Of a stretch of 64,000 nt of DNA, positions 1-8,761 are shown piece after piece. The DNA comes from Candidatus Nanosyncoccus sp. (lineage in GTDB: Bacteria > Patescibacteriota > Saccharimonadia > Saccharimonadales > Saccharimonadaceae). The notes beneath the pieces are model-generated. The model did no database searches, was not told where the DNA came from, and saw nothing but the letters and a program-made list of their open reading frames with translations. The DNA is taken from positions 34,546-98,545 of the forward strand of contig JAZNPY010000002.1 of assembly GCA_045589895.1 (NCBI GenBank), read 5' to 3'. The number at the start of each line of letters is the position of its first letter. Within the stretch, counting starts at the first letter, position 1. The translations under genes and the position numbers were made by a program.

Positions 1-220
1 CGCGCGCGACGATACTATCGGGATGAGAAGTGCCAACAGTAATCATTTTTCTGACATCATTTAAATTGGCACGAGATATAATATCATCCGGCAAAAAATC
101 GGCTTTTTCATGAGGTATCTCTGGGTGGCGGCGCAGAAGTTTCTTCGAGATTTGCTGGCGATTAATCGCAAAATCGTAAGTTTCGCGATCGTGGATATGA
201 CAATGGGAATCTATTAGCAT
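1..220 (-). CDS. tatD: TatD family metallo-DNase, N-terminal part (runs off window start)
   Basis: Not in ORF track. Manual translation from ATG at 220: MLIDSHCHIHDRETYDF...VRKMITVGTS, with the TatD DxHxH start motif. TGC-TATAAT lies 6 nt upstream. Confidence 0.8.
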   Translation of the reverse strand, partial: MLIDSHCHIHDRETYDFAINRQQISKKLLRRHPEIPHEKADFLPDDIISRANLNDVRKMITVGTSHPDSIVAR

Positions 221-238
221 AGACTAATTATAGCACGA

Positions 239-2044
239 CTACTGGCGAGCTTCACGCTTGCGCTTAATCGGGTCGAGCTGGCGTTTCCTGAGCCTTAGGG
301 ATTTAGGTGTAACTTCGAGAAGTTCATCGTCAAGCAGAAAATCAAGACATTGTTCAAGGCTTAACTGAGTGTATGGGGTGAGCTGGATGGCGCCGTCACT
401 AGCATGAGTGCGCATATTTGTAAGCTGTTTTTCGCGACAGACGTTAATATCGAGATCGTCCTTTTTATTCGATAGACCGACGATCATACCTTGGTAAACT
501 GGAACCTGCGGCGGAATATAAAGCACGCCGCGAGCCTGAGCAGCATCTAGAGCATAGGCAGTCGAAACACCAGTTTCGAAGCTAATCAGAGCGCCGTTTC
601 GTTCGGGCTTATATTTACTATCAGCAGGTCGATAGCCATGAGGGATACTAGACATAATCACAGTACCCTTCGTGGCGGTAAGCAGATTATTGCGCAGACC
701 AATCAGGGCGGCAGTGGTGATTTCATAAGTGAAACGAGTAGTGTTCTGACTGGTTAATTCCTGGGATTTTAGCTCGGCTTTTCTGATACCCATTTCCTGA
801 CTGACGGCACCAACAAATTCGGAGTCGACTTCGATAGTTAAATCCTCGACTGGTTCGAGCTTCTGGCCGTTTTCTTCTTTGTAAACGACTTCTGGACGAC
901 CAGCTTCGAGTTCATAGCCCTCGCGGCGCATAGTTTCAATCAAGACGGAAAGATGAAGCTCGCCACGACCGGAAACTTTGTAGCCGAGACCGTCGGGCTG
1001 GATTTTTAAGGCGATATTCGTCTCGAGTTCTTTTTCTAGGCGCTCAGCAATTTGGCGAGAAGTAGTAAATTCGCCTTCCTTACCCTTGAGCGGGCTAGTG
1101 TTCGGGCCGATGTAAATAGATAAGGTTGGCGGCTCAAGCTCGATGGTTGGAAGAGCGGTCGGGTTTTCGCCGGTCGCAATAGTGTCGCCAATATTAGCGT
1201 CTTGGACACCGGTCAACGCAACAATGTCGCCAGCAATAACCTCGTCGGTTTCCTCTTTGCCAAGACCGCGGTAAGTAAAAATCTTATCAATTTTAGCTTG
1301 TTTGTTGTTTGGCAAAACTTTGACGGTTTCGCCTTTTTTGAGCTTGCCACGTGCGATTTTGCCGATAGCGTATTTGCCAAGATAATTATCAGCGGCAAGA
1401 GCGGCAACGAGAAGCTGGGCGCCCTTCTCGGCGTGTTCGTCGATTTTTGGGGCTGGAATATCGTTAATAATAGATTCAAAAATCACATGAAGGTCGTCAT
1501 CGAGATCTGTAGTTTTACCAGCTTTACCCTCGCGGGCAATAGCGTAATAAATTGGGTAGTTCAGCTGAGACTCGTCGGTTGCAAGTTCCAGGAAAAGACT
1601 TTCGATTTCGGATTTCACTTCTTCGATACGAGCAGCAGGCTTATCAATTTTATTTATTATTACAACAGGTTTTAGCTTCAAGTCAAGGGCTTTGCTCAGA
1701 ACGAACTTAGTCTGAGGCATCGGTCCTTCTTGAGCATCAACAATGAGTAGAACACCGTCAGCCATATTCAAAGTTCGTTCAACTTCGCCGGAAAAATCGG
1801 CGTGACCAGGGGTGTCAATAATATTAATCTTATAGTCGTCATAAAACACAGCGGTTTGCTTCGCGGTAATGGTAATTCCCCGCTCGTGTTCCTGATCCAT
1901 AGAGTCCATAATTAAAGTCTGAGACATTTCCGCTTGATTTTCGCGGAAAGTATGGGATTGCTTCAAAAGACCGTCGACGAGAGTAGTTTTACCGTGGTCG
2001 ACATGAGCAATAATAGCAACGTTTCGGATTCTGTCTTTGTTCAT
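239..2044 (-). CDS. typA: Translational GTPase TypA/BipA
   Basis: RNVAIIAHVDHGKTTLVD, ERGITI, DTPGHADF, NKID, GRGELHL and C-terminal LEQCLDFLLDDELLEVTP motifs; 601 aa. Confidence 0.98.
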   Translation of the reverse strand: MNKDRIRNVAIIAHVDHGKTTLVDGLLKQSHTFRENQAEMSQTLIMDSMDQEHERGITITAKQTAVFYDDYKINIIDTPGHADFSGEVERTLNMADGVLLIVDAQEGPMPQTKFVLSKALDLKLKPVVIINKIDKPAARIEEVKSEIESLFLELATDESQLNYPIYYAIAREGKAGKTTDLDDDLHVIFESIINDIPAPKIDEHAEKGAQLLVAALAADNYLGKYAIGKIARGKLKKGETVKVLPNNKQAKIDKIFTYRGLGKEETDEVIAGDIVALTGVQDANIGDTIATGENPTALPTIELEPPTLSIYIGPNTSPLKGKEGEFTTSRQIAERLEKELETNIALKIQPDGLGYKVSGRGELHLSVLIETMRREGYELEAGRPEVVYKEENGQKLEPVEDLTIEVDSEFVGAVSQEMGIRKAELKSQELTSQNTTRFTYEITTAALIGLRNNLLTATKGTVIMSSIPHGYRPADSKYKPERNGALISFETGVSTAYALDAAQARGVLYIPPQVPVYQGMIVGLSNKKDDLDINVCREKQLTNMRTHASDGAIQLTPYTQLSLEQCLDFLLDDELLEVTPKSLRLRKRQLDPIKRKREARQ

Positions 2045-2093
2045 AACTTAGCCATTATATCACAGATTACATATATAGTCAACAGGGGTGTTA

Positions 2094-2122
2094 TTGACAA
2101 AAAGAGAAATCTGTGGTATAAT
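2094..2122 (+). promoter_or_regulatory. Sigma70-type promoter upstream of tRNA-Lys
   Basis: TTGACA-N17-TATAAT. Confidence 0.75.
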
Positions 2123-2189
2123 TAGAGAATATTGTTTGAAATTAAGGGTTTTCAAAATATCCCCGATGTGTTATACTAGGTTAGACCGT

Positions 2190-2266
2190 GGGTCGGTAGC
2201 TCAGCTGGTTAGAGCACGGGCCTTTTAAGCCCGGTGTCGAGGGTTCGAGCCCCTCCCGACTCACCA
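2190..2266 (+). tRNA. tRNA-Lys(UUU)
   Basis: Cloverleaf: acceptor GGGTCGG/CCGACTC, anticodon arm CGGGC-CTTTTAA-GCCCG, T-loop TTCGAGC, encoded CCA. Confidence 0.97.
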
Positions 2267-2444
2267 TTTTTTGTGCTTTAAAAAAAGCTCGAACCCTCGG
2301 AACGTCCCAAGGGGTAAACGAGGGTTCGAGCCCCTCCCGACTCACCAAGATTTCGAGTAAAAAGAGAGCTTGCTCTCTTTTTTGAGAAATCGCAGGTGAG
2401 AAGAGGATGCGGAGCATCCGACTCACCATTTTTTGTGCTTTAAA
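2256..2444 (+). repeat. 162-bp miniature element with duplicated tRNA-Lys 3' end and internal palindromes
   Basis: 27-bp direct repeat CCGACTCACCATTTTTTGTGCTTTAAA at 2256-2282 and 2418-2444. 29-bp copy of the tRNA T-arm/acceptor (2238-2266) at 2319-2347. Inverted T-arm copy at 2287-2299. Confidence 0.9.
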
Positions 2445-2450
2445 TTTATC

Positions 2451-2479
2451 TGGACAAAAGCGCCCAGATTTGATATAAT
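2451..2479 (+). promoter_or_regulatory. Promoter facing the 3' end of the PemK-like gene
   Basis: TGGACA-N17-TATAAT with extended -10 (TGA-TATAAT); no ORF follows on this strand. Confidence 0.65.
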
Positions 2480-2484
2480 GGAGT

Positions 2485-2534
2485 CATATTCGGGAATACC
2501 CGCACCCTAGTTGAAAGACTAGGGGACATTTTTT
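2485..2534 (+). ncRNA. Candidate small two-hairpin RNA convergent with PemK-like toxin gene
   Basis: Follows the promoter. Hairpins CGGG-AATA-CCCG (2491-2502) and CCCTAGT-TGAAAG-ACTAGGG (2505-2524), then a T-run overlapping the toxin stop codon. Confidence 0.45.
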
Positions 2535-2940
2535 ATCTAGAGTATAGTCTATAGAATCCTTCCCAAATTTTATTAAAGTCTGTGGCCGGTAACTGGCCAA
2601 TACGGCTATATAACCTAGACGTGCTGTAAGTTCTGGCTTGAGAGAGCACAGCGGTCTCTAATCTACCTTGGAATTCAAATGGAACATACCATGATCCATC
2701 ATGGATTTGCGAGGTTAGCGGTACCCCCATAAAACCATATCTGCTTAATTTCTTCAAAACTACTACTGGTCGTGAAAAATACTCGCTTTTACCATTAATC
2801 TCTATGCCTACATTTTCACCAATTGCCACCCACCAAACTTCTCCATTGGCGATTTTTTGTAATTTACTTGAATTATGTTTTTTCTCTTTTATGGGAAACC
2901 AGTCAGATAATAGCTGCTGTTTATTATTTTCTTCGTGCAT
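2533..2940 (-). CDS. PemK/MazF-like toxin family protein, no adjacent antitoxin ORF
   Basis: GEVWWVAIGENVGIEINGK..FSRPVVVLKK..GVPLTS..AVLSQARTYSTSRL. Start moved to ATG 2940, which has SD-like AAGGAC. Confidence 0.8.
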   Translation of the reverse strand: MHEENNKQQLLSDWFPIKEKKHNSSKLQKIANGEVWWVAIGENVGIEINGKSEYFSRPVVVLKKLSRYGFMGVPLTSQIHDGSWYVPFEFQGRLETAVLSQARTYSTSRLYSRIGQLPATDFNKIWEGFYRLYSR

Positions 2941-3025
2941 ATTTTTAGTCCTTTTTAATTTTATACGCACGAGTATATATCAAATTTTGAAAAATTTACA
3001 AGCGCTAGCACCTAGACTTCTGAGT

Positions 3026-3787
3026 CTAAATGCAGGTGTAGCCGCCGTCGACTGGGAGGATTACGCCGGTGACGTAGCTAGCCTCTTTGCTCGCTAGGAA
3101 AACTGCAGCAGCGTCGAGTTCACCTGGCTTACCATAGCGTTCCATCGGGACATGGGTTTTTGCAAATTCTTGGAAACGTGGAGTGTCGAGTACTGGCTTT
3201 GTTAATTCGGTTTCGAAATAGCCTGGGCAAATTGCGTTGCAAGTAATTCCGTCGAGAGCCAATTCGGCGGCAACAGCACGGGTAAAGTTCACAACTCCGC
3301 CTTTCGAGGAATGATAGGCGACGGTATGAATTTCGGTGTTGCCGACTAAGCCGTACATGGAAGCGATATTAATAATGCGGCCATAATGGTTTTTCTGCAT
3401 GATTTTTGCGAACGCACGGGTCATCTTGAATACAGAAGTCATATCGGTGGCGATGGTGAAATCCCACTCATCGTCACTCATCTCAACCACACCTTTATCC
3501 TTCGAGGAACCGGCGCAGTTAAGCAAGATGTCGACGTGGCCAAACTCTTTTTCGGCAGCTTTGGCAGCGGCGTCAATATCCTCGGTCGAGGTCACATCAC
3601 ATTTGAGTGGTAAGACCTTAGTGTTGAATTCTTTTTTTAACTTCTCGGCTAGCTCTTCTAGACGTTCGACACGGCGAGCAAGAATCACAAGGCTGGCGCC
3701 CTGACGGGCAAAAGCGGTAGCCATCTGAACGCCGAGACCGGAACTGGCGCCTGTAACAACTGCAACTTTATCTTTTAAATCAAACAT
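3026..3787 (-). CDS. SDR family NAD(P)-dependent oxidoreductase (gluconate 5-dehydrogenase-like)
   Basis: TGASSGLG, NCAG, YHSSKGG catalytic YxxxK, NAICPG, VDGG. Confidence 0.92.
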   Translation of the reverse strand: MFDLKDKVAVVTGASSGLGVQMATAFARQGASLVILARRVERLEELAEKLKKEFNTKVLPLKCDVTSTEDIDAAAKAAEKEFGHVDILLNCAGSSKDKGVVEMSDDEWDFTIATDMTSVFKMTRAFAKIMQKNHYGRIINIASMYGLVGNTEIHTVAYHSSKGGVVNFTRAVAAELALDGITCNAICPGYFETELTKPVLDTPRFQEFAKTHVPMERYGKPGELDAAAVFLASKEASYVTGVILPVDGGYTCI

Positions 3788-3789
3788 TT

Positions 3790-4365
3790 TTACTCCTTTA
3801 CAATTACTGCTTCTTTAATGCTTTTACTGACTTCGTCGATATTATGCTTAATAATAATCGTATCGATCAGGCTTGAAACTCCATAGATAATCATCAGGAC
3901 TCCAGCGAAAGTAACCATGGCGATTTGGCCTTCCCAAGGATTGAGAATGAGCAAGATGCCGCAGATTAGCGATAGGATAGTGGTGACGATGGCGAAAGTG
4001 CCAGAGCTAGTGCCGCGGAGTGCCGCGGAGAAGCGACCAGAGGCGATTGCGCTCACGATGAACCAACAGCCGATGACGCTCGGGAAAATATTCATGACGG
4101 ACGGGCGGACGGCGAAAAGAAAACCGAGTACGAGCAAGACTACACCGACAAATGACGTGCTGAAGAAAGGCAGGATGCGACGACGGAAGTCAGAAACTAC
4201 GAGATAGGTACCGGACGCGAGACAGAAGATTGCGATAATCCAGCGGATAACATCTAGCGAAGTGTCTGGGGCTAATAGGAAAACGAGGCCCAAAACAACT
4301 AGCAGAAGTGCCGAGATTAAGGCAGTATTAATAAAGCCATTGATTTTCTTTTTCATTTCTTTCAT
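3790..4365 (-). CDS. DUF308/HdeD-like multi-pass membrane protein
   Basis: About six hydrophobic helices in two repeats (LGLVFLLAP / CGILLILNP); SD AGGAG upstream. Confidence 0.75.
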   Translation of the reverse strand: MKEMKKKINGFINTALISALLLVVLGLVFLLAPDTSLDVIRWIIAIFCLASGTYLVVSDFRRRILPFFSTSFVGVVLLVLGFLFAVRPSVMNIFPSVIGCWFIVSAIASGRFSAALRGTSSGTFAIVTTILSLICGILLILNPWEGQIAMVTFAGVLMIIYGVSSLIDTIIIKHNIDEVSKSIKEAVIVKE

Positions 4366-4462
4366 AGTAAAAAACTCCTTATGTTTCCTATTATAGCACT
4401 ACCCTATATAAAAAATAGCCTTTATTTTTGGAAAGATATATGATAGAATGATTTTAGGTCGT

Positions 4463-4539
4463 GGGCGGCTAGCTCAGTTGGCTAGAGCGCGTCTTTGACG
4501 TAGACGAGGTCAGGGGTTCGACTCCCTTGTCGCCCACCA
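4463..4539 (+). tRNA. tRNA-Val(GAC)
   Basis: Acceptor GGGCGGC/GTCGCCC, anticodon arm CGTCT-TTGACGT-AGACG, T-loop TTCGACT, CCA. Confidence 0.96.
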
Positions 4540-4547
4540 TTAACACT

Positions 4548-4570
4548 ATATCCCTTATGGGATATTTTTT
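4548..4570 (+). terminator. Intrinsic terminator after tRNA-Val
   Basis: ATATCCC-TTAT-GGGATAT followed by a T-run. Confidence 0.75.
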
Positions 4571-4589
4571 ATGTACTGAGCGCATCATT

Positions 4590-4620
4590 AAAAAGGCGTC
4601 CCACCTCGCATTGGGACGCC
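4590..4620 (-). terminator. Intrinsic terminator of the surface-protein operon
   Basis: GGCGTCCCA...TGGGACGCC hairpin with a T-run on the minus strand. Confidence 0.75.
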
Positions 4621-4670
4621 CAAAAGTTAGCCAAAAACAAACACTATTTTAAAGAGTAGTACCTCTTGAT

Positions 4671-5657
4671 TTACCTCTTATGACCATTCTTTTGCTTACG
4701 CAAGGCAACGAATGCCAAAACGGTAGCAACGGTGAAGATGATTAGGCCAGAAATCAGATAGTCGAATCTCGACATATTGAGTTCGGCAAGGAAGCCACCC
4801 GTCTTTGGGACGTCTGGCGCCACTTCGTCCTGGTCACCATCGGTATCCGGGATATCCGGCGTGTCTGGCTCGTCAGGCGTATCTGGAGTATCTGGTTCGT
4901 CAGGACCATCTGGGGAAACGTAGTTCGCTTCGCTACTCACTATACCAGTAGCCGAAGTTAGAACTTCGCCGGCAGCATTCTTAGCTATTGCAGCAATAGT
5001 GTATTGACCGCTACTAGCATGATTGTCTCTAAACGGCAACGTGATGGTTTGGGTGCCTATGACTCCTGGGTTAGTAATCTGAACGTTGATCGGGCTAGAG
5101 AATACTGGTCTATTCGAAGAATCGTAAGCTTGAAGGTCGACCGAATTGACGGCGGAAGCATATTCAATTTCTACCGTTGGGTCGCCATTCTCTGCATTGG
5201 CAACCGTATTCATCTTTAACGGTATGTAGTAAAATTCTACGCTTGCATAATCCGAGCCATCGTTCACGGAAGAATCAAAGCGATATCTACCAAAACCTAG
5301 TCCGTTGGCATTGAGGTCGATAGGCAGCGCATGTGTGCCGTTGAGCTCGGCCGGCAGATACTCGCCATTCTTGGACCCACCAGTAGTAGTGTTGGCGATA
5401 GTGTAGGAAATCTTAACAGCCTGCGAATAGAAGAGGCCGATTTCCATATTATTGTTTAAAGTAATTGTTCCGTTGGCTGGACTTGTGATGTCTAGGCTAG
5501 CCACACTATCGAAGACATTCACCCTGAGGTTGACTGCTCCGCTGGTGCTACCAACAGCATCAACGTCCGGCGTAGGAACAGCAAAGGCATAGGCGGTCAT
5601 AGCTCCAACTATAGCTAAGCCACCTATGCCAAGTATACGTTTTTTGCTTTTTTGCAT
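4671..5657 (-). CDS. Secreted beta-rich surface protein with Pro/Asp linker and sortase-like VPKTG anchor
   Basis: N-terminal signal peptide; Ig-like Asn/Thr/Ser-rich body; PDEPDTPDTPDEPDTPDIPD linker; VPKTG, then a hydrophobic helix and RKQKNGHKR tail. Confidence 0.8.
   Translation of the reverse strand: MQKSKKRILGIGGLAIVGAMTAYAFAVPTPDVDAVGSTSGAVNLRVNVFDSVASLDITSPANGTITLNNNMEIGLFYSQAVKISYTIANTTTGGSKNGEYLPAELNGTHALPIDLNANGLGFGRYRFDSSVNDGSDYASVEFYYIPLKMNTVANAENGDPTVEIEYASAVNSVDLQAYDSSNRPVFSSPINVQITNPGVIGTQTITLPFRDNHASSGQYTIAAIAKNAAGEVLTSATGIVSSEANYVSPDGPDEPDTPDTPDEPDTPDIPDTDGDQDEVAPDVPKTGGFLAELNMSRFDYLISGLIIFTVATVLAFVALRKQKNGHKR
4840..4915 (-). repeat. Degenerate 9-bp coding repeats (PD[E/T/I])n
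   Basis: CCAGATGAG/CCAGATACT/CCTGACGA-type units encoding the Pro-Asp linker. Confidence 0.7.
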
Positions 5658-5731
5658 ACTCTACACTCTTTCTTTTTATTTTTAGTTTTTGTTTTGGCTT
5701 CGCAGAGTAGCGTACTCGCAATTTTTCAAAT

Positions 5732-6712
5732 CTAGACGAGGAGTCTGGATTTGCGCTCTCTGCGCTTCCTGATTAGGATTATAACCCAGATGATAATCAA
5801 TGTCAAGAGGATTATGCTTAAAATCATTACAAATACTGGCATAATCACGACAATCTTAGTTCTCTCTTCTACTACGGAGTTATTTAAAGCACTCACTTTG
5901 TAATGGACTTTGTAAAAACCGAGTAGTGGAGTCTCTTCCCACTCGGTAGTAACGCGGCGGGCGGTGTCCGGAAGAATATTGTAGGAACTATTCTTCAAGA
6001 AGAGCTGCTTGCCGAAAAGAGATTGGATATCGAGCTCATAGACAGCTTCGAAATCAGTGTTACCATTGTTCTCTACGCGGGAGCTAGCCGAAATTTTACC
6101 GGAAGTCATAAAGGTTTTGAAGCCGAAATCGGTGATTTTTGCTTCATCGATAGTATCACCATCGGTGTGACCATAGACGATTAAGCCGACGCGAGAGACT
6201 GTCTTAATACCGGAGCCAGAAACTTTACCCTCGACTTCGTCAGATTCAGCAAAGATAGTAGCATACTGACCGCCAGCAGGAATGCTATCCGGAACAGAGA
6301 TGCGATAGCGAACGGTTTGTTTCTCGCCTTTTTTCAGCTTGAAGTGGGCATCGCTAGTTAAAGAGCCATCGTCCTTATAGAACTGGATCCAGCGTGAAAT
6401 TTGGGTACGATTAGTTTCGTTACTAAAGCTAACGTTGTAGTCTTCATCACTGACCGAATATGGGGCAGCGTAGACATGATAGCCAAAGTCTTCGGAGCCG
6501 ATGTTCGAAACAGTGAAACTATAATCGCTATCCTCGCCAGGAATCAAAGTTACCTTATTGGATACCGGAGAAATCTGGAGCCAGATAGCAGGCTTAGAAT
6601 CTTCGGAAGAAGAGTCGTCAGTATCCTCAGCGTGGACAGTCGGGACAGCGGCAACGAGCGAGCTCAGCACTACTGCGGCTGCAGCTAGAATACTTACTAA
6701 ACGTTTACTCAT
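5732..6712 (-). CDS. DUF916/DUF3324-like (WxL-partner, PapD-like Ig) membrane-anchored protein 2
   Basis: Signal peptide; ISPVSNKVTLIPGE..FTVSN, PAGGQYATIFA, RVENNGN; C-terminal TM plus RKRRERK. Start moved to ATG 6712 (SD AGGAGG, overlapping the upstream stop). Confidence 0.75.
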   Translation of the reverse strand: MSKRLVSILAAAAVVLSSLVAAVPTVHAEDTDDSSSEDSKPAIWLQISPVSNKVTLIPGEDSDYSFTVSNIGSEDFGYHVYAAPYSVSDEDYNVSFSNETNRTQISRWIQFYKDDGSLTSDAHFKLKKGEKQTVRYRISVPDSIPAGGQYATIFAESDEVEGKVSGSGIKTVSRVGLIVYGHTDGDTIDEAKITDFGFKTFMTSGKISASSRVENNGNTDFEAVYELDIQSLFGKQLFLKNSSYNILPDTARRVTTEWEETPLLGFYKVHYKVSALNNSVVEERTKIVVIMPVFVMILSIILLTLIIIWVIILIRKRRERKSRLLV

Positions 6713-7694
6713 TTTCAGTTTCCTCCTTTTTTTCAGAATCACCTTTCTTTTTGCGAGAAACCTTGCTTTCTTTTCCACTGCGCTTACGAGCGCGGGAGAT
6801 AAGCCAGAAGATCATGAAGAAGATGATGGCAAAGATGATGAATAATAGCCAAATTGGGCAAATAAATACTAACTTTTTGTTTGTAGAAACTTGATCAAGG
6901 AAGCTAACGGTTTGTTCGACCCAGAAGATGCCGAGTCTAGGTGCACCATCCCAACTCATCGTACCAAAGCGCCTGGTCTCTGGCATGACGTCGAGTGAGC
7001 CCTTATTATCTTCGTTGTTATAGATCGTCTCTTTGTCGAAAAGTGGCCAAATCTTAAAAGTATATTCAGCAGTTGCTTCGACGTTGCCGTTATTCTCTAC
7101 GAGCGAGGTAACCGTAAGTGGTGGCTCGAAGACGATGCTAGGGATACTATTACTAACGACCGAGCCTTCTTTACGAGTTTCACCAGCGATCGAAGCATAG
7201 AAGATCATACCGACGCGGGAAATAGTGCGAACGTTATTCGCCTCACTAGAACCGTCACCGGTAGAAGCCATAATCGCAGCATACTGACCACCAGCAGGGG
7301 CGTCTTTCGGAACATTAACGGTAAAGTTAACGTCGGCTGATTCTCCTGCGGCGAGCGTGCCGCTCTTAGCCTTCTCGTCGAACGTAATCCACTCAGCGAT
7401 CCGACTGTATGTTCCAACATTATTGTAATTCTGAGTATAATTTTCGTCGACCACACTATATGGTACCGCTTCGACGGTATAATTAAATTCACCCTCGCCA
7501 ATATTCTGAACCTTCATCGAAGAAGTATAACTTCCACCCGGTTCAATCGAAACCTTCTGTTTCGTAGGTGTAATTTGGATAAAAGCTGGCGGAACTCCTT
7601 CGGCGGCAGCGGTAACTGGCGTCAGAAGCGCGGAGCCAACTGATGCTAGTGCGAAAAGCACAGCGGAAAATAATTTTGTGTATTTTTTAGCCAT
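6705..7694 (-). CDS. DUF916/DUF3324-like (WxL-partner, PapD-like Ig) membrane-anchored protein 1
   Basis: Paralog of the previous gene: ITPTKQKVSIEPGG..KVQN, PAGGQYAAIMA, LVENNGN, C-terminal TM and basic tail. Start moved to ATG 7694 (SD AAGGAGG). Confidence 0.75.
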   Translation of the reverse strand: MAKKYTKLFSAVLFALASVGSALLTPVTAAAEGVPPAFIQITPTKQKVSIEPGGSYTSSMKVQNIGEGEFNYTVEAVPYSVVDENYTQNYNNVGTYSRIAEWITFDEKAKSGTLAAGESADVNFTVNVPKDAPAGGQYAAIMASTGDGSSEANNVRTISRVGMIFYASIAGETRKEGSVVSNSIPSIVFEPPLTVTSLVENNGNVEATAEYTFKIWPLFDKETIYNNEDNKGSLDVMPETRRFGTMSWDGAPRLGIFWVEQTVSFLDQVSTNKKLVFICPIWLLFIIFAIIFFMIFWLISRARKRSGKESKVSRKKKGDSEKKEETENE

Positions 7695-7780
7695 TAACCT
7701 CCTTGTTATACGTTCGATTATACACGAGCACAAAGCGAAAATCAACCACATTTTTTCATAAACTTTTTAGCATAAAGGTC

Positions 7781-7809
7781 TTGCTATTTGGTTTATGCTT
7801 TGGTAGAAT
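7781..7809 (+). promoter_or_regulatory. Promoter of pilin/WxL-like gene A
   Basis: TTGCTA-N17-TAGAAT, followed by a 5' UTR containing AAGGTCACATA and SD CAGGAG. Confidence 0.6.
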
Positions 7810-7854
7810 AAAGCTATACATAAGGTCACATAAATGGACAGGAGTTGTATTCCA

Positions 7855-8529
7855 ATGAAAATGAACACTATTCTAGCAGTATCTGGTATAGTAGCCACTT
7901 CTTGCGTTTCGATGCTGCCTTTGGCTGCGTATGGTACCGTAACCTGCACTAACAACGGTCGCCAATGTGCCGACAGTGTAGATGTCGACATTACCGTGAA
8001 TCCGGTTATCGCGATGCGTATTAAATCTAATGCAGATTTGACTTATGGTTTTATCGGGTACGGTCCTAATGGTTCAGAACCGAGCCCAGACGATTCAACT
8101 TCTGGTAATTCTCAGGCGACTGGTCTAAGTTTGGCCGCGAACCAAGTAGACCTAACAACTCTTAACTCCGAAATTGATGTTCGTTCTAATACTGGTGCAT
8201 TTACCTTGACCTTAAAGGATGCTGACGATAACACAAACTTAAACCTAGCAACTCCTAGTAATACAACTGGCGAATATATCCCAACTGCAAACGGAACACC
8301 GGTCGCAACTACCGCTTCTTGGGCGGTTAAAGGCGGTGATATTGCTAACTGGACGGCTATGCCAGCTTCGAGTGGGTCAGCACTTGTAATCGTCAATAAC
8401 GGTGAAAATGATGTTACCCCAGCAGCCGCTTACAGTGGTGTAACAACAGTAAATTACGGCGTAGCTTCTGGATCGGCTAAGGCTGGTACCTATAGTGATG
8501 TTGTAGTCTATACGGCAACGACAAAATAA
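7855..8529 (+). CDS. Secreted WxL-like / pilin-like protein A
   Basis: Signal peptide; no membrane anchor; ends in GTYSDVVVYTATTK; paralog of 8810-9640. Start at ATG 7855 after SD CAGGAG. Confidence 0.7.
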   Translation: MKMNTILAVSGIVATSCVSMLPLAAYGTVTCTNNGRQCADSVDVDITVNPVIAMRIKSNADLTYGFIGYGPNGSEPSPDDSTSGNSQATGLSLAANQVDLTTLNSEIDVRSNTGAFTLTLKDADDNTNLNLATPSNTTGEYIPTANGTPVATTASWAVKGGDIANWTAMPASSGSALVIVNNGENDVTPAAAYSGVTTVNYGVASGSAKAGTYSDVVVYTATTK

Positions 8530-8550
8530 AATAGTTGGAATATAAATAAT

Positions 8551-8578
8551 AAAGCCACCTGGAGACAGGTGGCTTTTT
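8551..8578 (+). terminator. Intrinsic terminator
   Basis: AAAGCCACCTG-GAGA-CAGGTGGCTTTTT. Confidence 0.85.
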
Positions 8579-8761
8579 ATTGATACTAGTGTTTGTGTGG
8601 AGGAGTATATTACTTTATAATTAGCGATGGCCTTAGTAGAAAAATGAGATTGTACGAGAGCGTGGACTTTATGAGGAGATATAATATGGTGGAATAGACG
8701 CATTAGACTACTGAGTGAGATAATAATGGGAGACGTACTTATTCGAGGTTAATCCGAGTTC

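Noticed and set aside
2181-2429. 82-aa ORF with repeated MVSREGLEPS
   Set aside because: Antisense translation of tRNA-Lys and its duplicated 3' end.
2238-2444. Repeat-spacer pattern resembling a mini CRISPR array
   Set aside because: Repeats are tRNA-derived and of unequal extent, and no cas genes or leader are present.
8580-8760. Short ORFs and GAGGAG/TATAAT-like motifs between the two pilin-like genes
   Set aside because: ORFs under 20 aa with poor SD spacing; no supportable gene or RNA.
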